Below, one piece after another: positions 25,282 to 32,852 of a stretch of DNA of 40,464 nucleotides. The stretch spans positions 1-40,464 of the IMG/VR virus record IMGVR_UViG_3300049042_000216, one strand, 5' to 3'. Position numbers and translations under genes: made by a program. The notes under the pieces were generated by a model. The model worked only from the letters and a program-made list of their open reading frames with translations. It did no database searches and was not told where the DNA came from. Position 1 is the stretch's first letter. Each line of letters starts with the position of its first letter. Origin of the DNA: a virus (lineage: Duplodnaviria > Caudoviricetes).

Positions 25282-26289
25282 TTAGAGCATCCTTTTGAGT
25301 ACTTGGGCTAATTCGGTGGTCGTCCCGGACTTTCGGAACTTCGACTTGGCGTTGTCCAGGCCGACCTTGGCCGCATCCTTCTTTGCAGGGATTGCGGTGG
25401 GTCGACCGGGCTGACTGGGTGCCTTGACCAGTGGGCGGGTGGCAGATGGCTTGCCCTTGGCGGACTCCTGAGCCAGACGCAATTTGCGCCCGGCAATGAA
25501 GTCACCGACCAGCACCTGGTACTCCGGCAGTGAGGCAATCTGCGGCAGTTGCCGCAGGACGGCCTGCGCCTCGGTGTACTCGGCAGCCGAACGGTCTTTC
25601 CACCATGGGTAGAGCTGCTCGGCGATGGGCTTGATCTGCTGGTAGTTCTGCAGGAAGCGGGCTCTGGAGGGGATGTGCAGGTCGATGGCGTCTTCTACAC
25701 GCCGCTTGATCTGCTTCACATCCTCCGAGCTGTACTCCTTGCCCTCTACTTCACAGCCATCGATGTTGTCCTCGCACCACCGTTTAAGATTCCGGGCCTT
25801 GCTCCACTCATCGTTGAGTTTGGACACTTCCCAGACATCGGCAAACGGGTCTGCAGCGGACTGCACCGCGGCGGGCCTCTCGACACTCTGCTCCAGCTTG
25901 GTCTTGGCGTCGTTGAGCTCACGCTCGAGCGCCTCGGCCTTCTCCAGCGCCTCTTTCTTCTGGCGCGTGAGCTTGTCGATCCGCTTGCGGTAACCCAGCG
26001 AATCCTCGTCGCTGTTCTCTTCGGTCTCGGAAAGAACCTCCTGCTCAGGCGACTCGGCCTGAGCGTCCGTTTGTTCTGCGGTCGGATCCGCATCCTCGGC
26101 CTGATCGTCCACGGAAGTGGATTCCGGCTCCGGCGCTTGTCGCTCGACTGCTGATGCCTTCTCTTCCTCCCCGCTGAATCGTGACTTCAGTAGCTTGGCC
26201 AACGCCGATTCGTCGAACTGCATCGGGTTGATTGGGGGCTGTGCCGTGTTTTGGGCAGGTGTCGCTTCCTGTGTCGTCGGGATGTCCAT
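25282..26289 (-). CDS. capsid scaffolding protein
   Basis: Acidic N-terminus, KRIDKLTRQKKEA coiled coil, position before capsid. Confidence 0.8.
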   Translation of the reverse strand: MDIPTTQEATPAQNTAQPPINPMQFDESALAKLLKSRFSGEEEKASAVERQAPEPESTSVDDQAEDADPTAEQTDAQAESPEQEVLSETEENSDEDSLGYRKRIDKLTRQKKEALEKAEALERELNDAKTKLEQSVERPAAVQSAADPFADVWEVSKLNDEWSKARNLKRWCEDNIDGCEVEGKEYSSEDVKQIKRRVEDAIDLHIPSRARFLQNYQQIKPIAEQLYPWWKDRSAAEYTEAQAVLRQLPQIASLPEYQVLVGDFIAGRKLRLAQESAKGKPSATRPLVKAPSQPGRPTAIPAKKDAAKVGLDNAKSKFRKSGTTTELAQVLKRML

Positions 26290-26313
26290 GCTTTTAGACC
26301 CTGCAAGCCGGGT
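26287..26313 (-). promoter_or_regulatory. putative pseudoknot overlapping scaffold start codon
   Basis: ACCC-GG-CTTGC-A-GGGT-CTAAAA-GCATG. Confidence 0.45.
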
Positions 26314-26368
26314 ATTCTGCGCCATGGTTGTTGAAGGCCAACCAAGAAGCCGTTGTGTGAGTGAGAGC

Positions 26369-26611
26369 CTAGAATTGACCGGAAGTCAACTCCCTCCCGT
26401 TTCTTAACGCACTGATTTGTGCGATGAGATCCTTGATTGCGGCTGCCCGGCCTGCGTTGTAGGCACGGTCCTCCGCGGAAAGCGATGGGATGATGGCGTT
26501 GTGCACCTCATCCCGGAGTGTGTCGTCGATGAGCTGGCCCATGGCCTTGAGCACGGGGTGCTCCTCGGACACGGACAGGGACTCGGAGAGCTGTTCGTCG
26601 GTCAGTTTCAT
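26369..26611 (-). CDS. small conserved protein between portal and scaffold
   Basis: RAYNAGRAAAIKDL; ATGA overlap with portal. Confidence 0.75.
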   Translation of the reverse strand: MKLTDEQLSESLSVSEEHPVLKAMGQLIDDTLRDEVHNAIIPSLSAEDRAYNAGRAAAIKDLIAQISALRNGRELTSGQF

Positions 26612-28695
26612 TGGACTCCGAGGCGGCCAGTGACGGCGTTCTGCTGCTGTTGGACGCTGAACTGCAGGTTCTCAATGTACTTCTGCAGGTTGGCTTGGAA
26701 GAGCGGGTCCTGCTGAAGCTGGGCCTGATATTTGGGGTTGGACTGCAGCACCTGCTGGCTGAACTGGAGGCGCATGGGCGCGGTGGGGTCGTTCTCCCGG
26801 AGCTGCGGCGGGTTGCCGAGGGACATGAGCGCGATCTCGTCGTTGGTCTCGTTGAACATCTTCTGCGCGGCGGGGCCCTGCTGCATGACCAGCTCGCTGG
26901 CCAGGGTCGGGTCGATGGCCCGGAGGGCAACGGAGATGAGCTTGGCGCGGTCGATGACGCCGGCAGTGTCGAGGGGGAGCACCAGGGTGCTGATGGCCTT
27001 GAGCTTCTCGGTCACGAGGTCGGTGGAGAGCTCGCGGATGTCGAACTTGAGCATCACGTCGAAGTCCTGCACGTCCTGCGGGAGCGGGGTGGCCGAGGCC
27101 GTGATGCGCTGGATCTCGGCGGGCCCGATGTACTGGAGGGTCAGGGCCAGGACCTGGCGGAAGGCCTCGGTCCAGCCGTGCAGCCAGTTGTTGATCAGGC
27201 GCTGCTGGCGCATCTGGGTGATCACCGGGGGGACCTTCTCGGTCGGGCGCCCGAAGTAGCGGTCGGTCTGGGCCTCGATGGCTGCGATGAGTTGGAAGGC
27301 AACGCCGGGCTCGCGTGCGGGCGGTGCCAGGAAGCCGATCTCGCCGCGGCGCAGGACCGGGATCTGGATGGCGGGACCGATCTTGAGGTTGCCACCACGG
27401 GTCTTGGGGACCTCGATGGGGGGCAGGGTGGCGAGGGACGTGTAGTCGAAGATGGAGTCGCGCTGCGCCTTGACCTCGTGCTGCCAGGTGGAGCAGACCT
27501 CGGGCACGCCGCGGCTCTCGGTGATCTGGCGGTGGATAAGCTCGGATCGCCAGACAACGAAGGGATACTGGCCGTGCGCGTAGTCGAGGGCCTCGAAGTA
27601 GCCCCACTTGTCGCCGACTTGGGGGGAGAAGACCGTGTAGAACACGCCGGGAATACCGTCGGAGTCGACGGCTTTTTGATAGGCGTAGCAGACCTCGATG
27701 AGGTTCTCGCGGTCGAGGATCGAGTTCTCGGCAAGGCCGACGGCGCCGTACTGGAAGGCAGCGTAGTCCGAGAAACGGCCCATCGTGTTGATGGCTTCCT
27801 GCGCCCATTCGGCGTCCCACTCCTCGGTCTCGACCTTGTTCAGGAGCTGGGCCTCGGTCATGTAGAACCGGCGGAAGACTACCCGGGCGGACTGGATGTC
27901 GGTGGTCTCGGGCGGAAACACCAGCTCGTCCCAGGGTGCGAGGGCTGCGACCATGGGCTTGTTGGTGACCATGGTCGGGATGGGGAAGTCGCACTCGCCC
28001 TCGTCGCGCAGTTCGCGGATGGCCTTGAGGGCCCGGCGCTTGCGCAAGTTGGGGAAGGCAGCGATGAGGAGCTCCGCGGATTGGTCGTCGGCCTCGGGGT
28101 TGGCGATGAGATTGGGCAGGTCGGCCAGAATGGAGTCCGCGGGCGATTGGGCGGCCAGTGCCATGATCTGGTCCATGGTCAGGTACTGCTCCTTCTGCCC
28201 GAGTTCTTGCTGCCAGGTGACATGGACGCCGGCCCAGCCGTAGGTCCAGAGGTACTGGGAGAGCAGCTCGACCTCGCGGGTGAGGTCGTTGTACATCCGG
28301 GCGTTAACCGTCCAGTCCATCAGGTTGTGCGCGGTGACCGCTTGGTCGAGCTGGCTGATGTTGGTGGGCGAGACGCGGAGCATTGAGCGCCAGAAGGAGG
28401 TGCTGCAGAGGTCGACGAGGCCGTTGATCACCTCGTCGGCAAGCGGGATACGGGTGTCGGAGGCGCCGTCCCAGGGGAAGGCCGGCTTGTTGCGGTTGGA
28501 ATCATTCCACTTCTTTCCGTCGTCGGTCTGACCCGGCCAGCGGCAGTAGCGCACGCTCTCCACATTGTCGACACGGGCGTAGACGCCGTAGTCGGTGGCC
28601 GAGCGCCGCAGCTCCTCGGTCAGTGCGCTGACATTGGGCTCGTCGCCGACCCGTGCCATCACGTCGGTCGCTTGCTTGTATGAATCGCCTTGCAT
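26608..28695 (-). CDS. portal protein
   Basis: About 695 aa after TerL; FPWDGASD, HGQYPFV, SRGVPE motifs, Q-rich tail. Confidence 0.85.
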   Translation of the reverse strand: MQGDSYKQATDVMARVGDEPNVSALTEELRRSATDYGVYARVDNVESVRYCRWPGQTDDGKKWNDSNRNKPAFPWDGASDTRIPLADEVINGLVDLCSTSFWRSMLRVSPTNISQLDQAVTAHNLMDWTVNARMYNDLTREVELLSQYLWTYGWAGVHVTWQQELGQKEQYLTMDQIMALAAQSPADSILADLPNLIANPEADDQSAELLIAAFPNLRKRRALKAIRELRDEGECDFPIPTMVTNKPMVAALAPWDELVFPPETTDIQSARVVFRRFYMTEAQLLNKVETEEWDAEWAQEAINTMGRFSDYAAFQYGAVGLAENSILDRENLIEVCYAYQKAVDSDGIPGVFYTVFSPQVGDKWGYFEALDYAHGQYPFVVWRSELIHRQITESRGVPEVCSTWQHEVKAQRDSIFDYTSLATLPPIEVPKTRGGNLKIGPAIQIPVLRRGEIGFLAPPAREPGVAFQLIAAIEAQTDRYFGRPTEKVPPVITQMRQQRLINNWLHGWTEAFRQVLALTLQYIGPAEIQRITASATPLPQDVQDFDVMLKFDIRELSTDLVTEKLKAISTLVLPLDTAGVIDRAKLISVALRAIDPTLASELVMQQGPAAQKMFNETNDEIALMSLGNPPQLRENDPTAPMRLQFSQQVLQSNPKYQAQLQQDPLFQANLQKYIENLQFSVQQQQNAVTGRLGVQ

Positions 28696-28706
28696 GGTCG
28701 TTTCTT

Positions 28707-30413
28707 TTAGTATCCACCGCCGCCGCGACAATCAAAGCCCCCGCGGCCTACGAAGGCAAGACCTGAGACCAAAAGCATACCCAGGCAGTCGATGGGATCC
28801 TTGGTCGCGCCCTTCTGCCCGTCGCGTCCGGTGTGCTCGGAGAGTGCGTAGACCAAGTTGGCGCAGTTGTCGGTGATGTAGAGCGAGGGTTCGTTCAGGG
28901 GGGTGAGGGGTTGGGTGGCGTCGTAGGAGAGGAGGCTGTTGATGGCGGAGGTGCGCTGGTCGACGGGCACGCCGGGTGCGGGTACGAAGGCCATGGGCTC
29001 GTCCCGAGGGTCGTCGGATTCGGCCAGGAGGTCGATGAGCGTGGTGCCGCCGGCCTCGGAGAGTGCGGGGGAACCGCCGGCTTTGGGGTCGATCAGGCGC
29101 ATCACGGGCTCGCCGTAGCCGAGCTCGGACTCAATCTGGCGGAAGAGGTTGCGGTACTCGGAGATTGAACGCCCGGCGTCGAGGGTTTGGGCTGGACCGA
29201 GCTTGCCGTCGGGCTTTTCGGAGGGCAGGGCCCACTCGCCGTAGTTGCTGAAGTCCGGGAACTCGCGGACAACGATGCGTGACCCGTCTTCGTAGACGAG
29301 CAGCCAGAGGCAGAACCAATTCCGGGCGCCGGCGGGGTCGCAGACCATGTACAGGGTGCCGCCCGGGGGTACTTTGGATGACGGGATGCAGTGGATATCC
29401 GGGCGGAAACGGGCGAAAGCCTTCCCGATGTTGTCCGAGGCCCAGCCGTAGGCCCGGGTCAGGATCTGGCCCATGGGCGAGGTGACGAGTTTGGACTTCA
29501 TCTCGTCGAAGGGGTTGTACGGGTTGTCCTCGGAGAAGAAGAACACGGTGCGCCGGTTGGTCTGGGGCTGCACCATCGTGCGGGCGGCCTTACCAAGGGG
29601 CCAAGTGGGGAGCGCTTGCTTGCCCTTAATGAGCTCGGCGTCGTCGAAACGGGTGATGGCAGAGCCAGCGGTGAATTCCTTGTAGACGCTGGCTACGCCC
29701 TCGAGGGGTGTCTGGGTGACCAGGAGCTTGCCGCGGCGGGTGATCAGGCGGTAGCGCAGTGTGTCCACCCAGGACTGAGGAACGAGCTCGTCGCACCAGA
29801 TCAGGTCGGCCTCGCGGCCCTCGATGGTGTTCTCGGACTGGGTGTAGTTCAGGAAGTCGCAGCGGGAGCCGTTGGGTAGGATGAAACTGCCGTCGGTGAA
29901 GCCGTTCTTGCGGCTGTAGTTTAGATAGTGGATGCGGCCCTTCTTGGTGGCCCGGAGGGCTACGGGGAGGTAATTGTAGATTGCGGGCTGTTGGACGGTG
30001 ACCGAGGTGGCGTGGGAGGTGTGGCAGCAGAGTACGCTGGCGTTCTCCTTCTCTAGGAGGGTTTGAACGACGCGGCGTGCGGCCCAGAGGGTTTTACCTG
30101 CGCGGTTGCCGCCGGAGATCAGGAGCTCCTGGGTGGCCTGGATCTCGGTGTTGGCGATCTCCCAGTGGTCGGGGATGTAGCCGTAGGTGTAGGGGTCGGC
30201 TTTTTCGAGCAGCACGAGCTGGGTGCGCTTCTGCTTGAGCTCGAGTGCGCGGGGGTGCGAGGCGTCTACCCGGGGGATGACGGGGTGCAGGGGTTGCTCG
30301 TTCCACCAGCCGGTGTTGCAGGCGTCGGAGCAGAAGCGTTTCTGCTTGGGGCCTTCGCGCTGCTTGATGATCTCGAAGGGCTTGGAGCAGGTGAGGCAGA
30401 GTGGTTGGCTCAT
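28707..30413 (-). CDS. terL: terminase large subunit
   Basis: Walker A GGNRAGKT, Walker B LIWCDE, TQTP coupling motif, nuclease CDPAG...KDPIDC. Confidence 0.92.
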   Translation of the reverse strand: MSQPLCLTCSKPFEIIKQREGPKQKRFCSDACNTGWWNEQPLHPVIPRVDASHPRALELKQKRTQLVLLEKADPYTYGYIPDHWEIANTEIQATQELLISGGNRAGKTLWAARRVVQTLLEKENASVLCCHTSHATSVTVQQPAIYNYLPVALRATKKGRIHYLNYSRKNGFTDGSFILPNGSRCDFLNYTQSENTIEGREADLIWCDELVPQSWVDTLRYRLITRRGKLLVTQTPLEGVASVYKEFTAGSAITRFDDAELIKGKQALPTWPLGKAARTMVQPQTNRRTVFFFSEDNPYNPFDEMKSKLVTSPMGQILTRAYGWASDNIGKAFARFRPDIHCIPSSKVPPGGTLYMVCDPAGARNWFCLWLLVYEDGSRIVVREFPDFSNYGEWALPSEKPDGKLGPAQTLDAGRSISEYRNLFRQIESELGYGEPVMRLIDPKAGGSPALSEAGGTTLIDLLAESDDPRDEPMAFVPAPGVPVDQRTSAINSLLSYDATQPLTPLNEPSLYITDNCANLVYALSEHTGRDGQKGATKDPIDCLGMLLVSGLAFVGRGGFDCRGGGGY

Positions 30414-30522
30414 TTATCAATATTTTTCGTTTTGGGGAACCCGTCGACTTTTACCGTCGCCGCGGAATGCCCGACCCCCTCCCCCCGGGGGCCCGGGCGG
30501 CCTGGTGTCTGCCTTGTGTAAC

Positions 30523-30699
30523 GGGGTAGGACATTGGGCCTGCCGAGGTGTGCTGACGTGCGTTTCGATCAATGTTTGCAGGGGTTTGCTGCGTGTTTGA
30601 GCGTCGAAGTGAATATAACTGCTATTGTAGGCATGAGTGGTGAAAACAGGCCTAAAAGCGTGGTTTTCAGTGGGTCAGCGGGTGGAGGGGTAGGACATT
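30523..30699 (+). repeat. 13-bp direct repeat GGGGTAGGACATT (30523-30535 and 30687-30699)
   Basis: Exact copies in the TerS-TerL gap, each followed closely by GGGCC. Confidence 0.7.
30608..30635 (-). other. dif-like XerCD recombination site candidate
   Basis: CATGCCTACAA-TAGCAG-TTATATTCACT versus E. coli dif GGTGCGCATAA-TGTATA-TTATGTTAAAT (6/11 and 8/11). Confidence 0.45.
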
Positions 30700-30711
30700 T
30701 CGGGCCATTAC

Positions 30712-31329
30712 CTAAACCAAGTCGGGCGTCTGCTCGTCGTTCACGGGCGTCACGTCGCGCTCTTTCAGGTCCTTCATCAGGTCGCGGTGGTTCACGGAGG
30801 CTGTCATGGCGAGGTGAATTGAGGTAGGTTGCCCCTTAATTACAGCGAGTTTGTCGGTAAGCACAGCGACCGCTACGGGAAGTCCCCTATCATCGATCAA
30901 GTTAATAGAGGATTCGGCCAATCTCTTGGTGCCTTTCCAGATTGCGACCTCCAAAAATCCGGTGACATCGCGTCTCCAGTCTTCCTCGTTCTCAGGGTAG
31001 TCGACCGGGACCTTAACGCCGCGAACCAGCTTAAACGCAGTCGTAGGGCTTAGTCCGGTGGCTTCAGCGATCTTCTCAAGCGACTTGTTCTCCAGGATAC
31101 CAGCGACGACAGCGTCCGCTTTCTCCTGGGTCAGCTTGTTGTTGAAGTGTTGGTTGGGGTGATGGCTTTTGACGTACCCGAGCTCTTTGACTGCGTTGAA
31201 GACCTTCTCTTGCGTTGCCTGGGGGATCTCGGTGTTACCTGCCAGCACTCGTTGGGTGTACAGGTAATTGACTCCGGCTGCCTTGGCGACGTCCTCGATA
31301 CTTGGCTTCTTGTCTTTCTTACCCGGCAT
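30712..31329 (-). CDS. LacI-type HTH protein, terminase small subunit candidate
   Basis: SIEDVAKAAGV...KVFNAVKELGY, second HTH, VAVLTDK..GQPT tail; immediately upstream of TerL. Confidence 0.6.
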   Translation of the reverse strand: MPGKKDKKPSIEDVAKAAGVNYLYTQRVLAGNTEIPQATQEKVFNAVKELGYVKSHHPNQHFNNKLTQEKADAVVAGILENKSLEKIAEATGLSPTTAFKLVRGVKVPVDYPENEEDWRRDVTGFLEVAIWKGTKRLAESSINLIDDRGLPVAVAVLTDKLAVIKGQPTSIHLAMTASVNHRDLMKDLKERDVTPVNDEQTPDLV

Positions 31330-32137
31330 AAGGCGCAAAGCTATAGGGGAACTCTCCCCAATGGTTGAGCTGTTTCTGGGGCTTCATCGAGTAGTGCTTC
31401 ACGCCTGCCAGGGTCATCCTAACGGCTGCAGCGTAATCCTCACTGAGATACTCGAGTTTGCCGGGCATGGATTCCATGGCTAGTGGCATCCACAGGGTCG
31501 GGAAGCGCTCGACACGCACATCCTCGCACCAGTCGATCCTGTATGGATTCTGCACTCCTGACCCTCCCAGCGCATCAAGTGTCGCCATAAGGCATTTGCG
31601 GGGGATTGCGAGGCATCCGGACGCGAACATCGTAATAGGCACCAGTTCCGCTGCGCACTCCGCGCTATTGACTTGGTGCTTGAGGGCCTGCAGGTGCTCC
31701 ACCTTCGGGCGCAGGGCCGGCCTGGGTGGAAGTGAGCGACAGGGGTAGGGGATGCAGACCGTTGCTTGATGCTCATGGGCCAGGGACGCCATGCGGATGA
31801 TATCGGCTGCAGTGAACTCGATGTCGTGGTCGAGCTGGATCCAGACGTCTTTGCCCGAGTCAAGGAACCATTTGGTCGCACGGCACCGGGACCGGCTGAT
31901 GAGGGCATCCTCCCGGATGGTGCGTAAATCGGTCTGGCGGTCCGATCGGGCGAACGTGGCCGTCAGATCGACCCAGGACATCATGCACGCGGCACTGATG
32001 CCACCGTAGGCGTACAGGCTGACGTGTATGGACGGGCGGGCGCCTGCCTGGGTTAATTCCTGCGGCTTGCTGGTCGGCTGCTCTGCGTAAATGAATGGAT
32101 CTGCCATCTGCGGGGATGATGCCTTGGTTGCTGTCAT
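31319..32137 (-). CDS. GT-A fold glycosyltransferase-like protein
   Basis: LISRSR..FL, QLDHDIEF (DxD), SGCLAIPR, LSEDY, LNHWG. Confidence 0.75.
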   Translation of the reverse strand: MTATKASSPQMADPFIYAEQPTSKPQELTQAGARPSIHVSLYAYGGISAACMMSWVDLTATFARSDRQTDLRTIREDALISRSRCRATKWFLDSGKDVWIQLDHDIEFTAADIIRMASLAHEHQATVCIPYPCRSLPPRPALRPKVEHLQALKHQVNSAECAAELVPITMFASGCLAIPRKCLMATLDALGGSGVQNPYRIDWCEDVRVERFPTLWMPLAMESMPGKLEYLSEDYAAAVRMTLAGVKHYSMKPQKQLNHWGEFPYSFAPYAG

Positions 32138-32460
32138 GGTACAATGTCCTTTCGTTGGCTTGCGAGGTACAGCTCGTGCCCCTTGCTGATCAGGTACACC
32201 ACGCTGCCGCGGGGCACTTGGCAGGCCGCGGCCACCTCGTTGAGCGAGAGGCCACGGTCGCGCAGGATGTAGGCCTTGCGGGCCAGGTCCGGTGTGTGGC
32301 GCTGCTCGGTCACCTCATCAAACTCTGCCATGGCTGGTGTTGGTGTACCGTCGTCCTTGAATGTCATGTCCTTGGGGTACGATAGCCAGCCACGCTGCAC
32401 GCCTATCTTAACAAGGTGCGGTGCTTCCATCAGTAGTTTCGTTGTATTTGTTACTATCAT
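32134..32460 (-). CDS. HTH DNA-binding protein
   Basis: LRDRGLSLNEVAAACQVPRGSVVYLI. Confidence 0.65.
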   Translation of the reverse strand: MIVTNTTKLLMEAPHLVKIGVQRGWLSYPKDMTFKDDGTPTPAMAEFDEVTEQRHTPDLARKAYILRDRGLSLNEVAAACQVPRGSVVYLISKGHELYLASQRKDIVP

Positions 32461-32852
32461 AACAGTGAGATATCTAGTGGTGTAGCGGGCAAGTGCTGCC
32501 TACCCTTGCCGCTTTTGTCTCCTATAAGCTGGAATATGCGTTGCCTATGTGCCTTGCCTTGGGCGCCGGGGTGGATAACGCAACCAAACCTCCCGTCTGG
32601 CTGGATGACTAGGTGGTTGCGTTGTTTGTCCCCTCCTTCCTCGGCACAGGCTGGGCATTGCCCGATCAATTTCGAGCCAATTTTACGCAGGCCTACCGCT
32701 GTCAAGCACTGTCTAGTGTTTGGGACGGATGGGACGGCATTTCCCAACTCCATTCCTACTCTGAACACATTTTTGCCTCCTTTACTCATCTTGCACCGAG
32801 TTGAAAGTTGCCGTCCTCCGTCCCAAACGCTTGACAACGCTTGACAGCTCAA
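32457..32852 (-). CDS. standalone primase-type zinc-binding domain protein (start uncertain)
   Basis: GQCPAC..GGD..NHL..FGCVIH; ATGA overlap with primase stop. Confidence 0.6.
   Translation of the reverse strand: MSCQALSSVWDGGRQLSTRCKMSKGGKNVFRVGMELGNAVPSVPNTRQCLTAVGLRKIGSKLIGQCPACAEEGGDKQRNHLVIQPDGRFGCVIHPGAQGKAHRQRIFQLIGDKSGKGRQHLPATPLDISLL
32698..32848. repeat. long imperfect inverted repeat, candidate replication origin
   Basis: Arms 32698-32739 and 32809-32848 with tandem GGACGG and TTGACA-type units. Confidence 0.7.

Noticed and set aside
26611-28386. 591-aa plus-strand ORF and 440-aa alternate-frame ORF (26672..27994) over the portal
   Set aside because: Expected stop-poor shadows of a gene with very high GC3; no motifs or RBS
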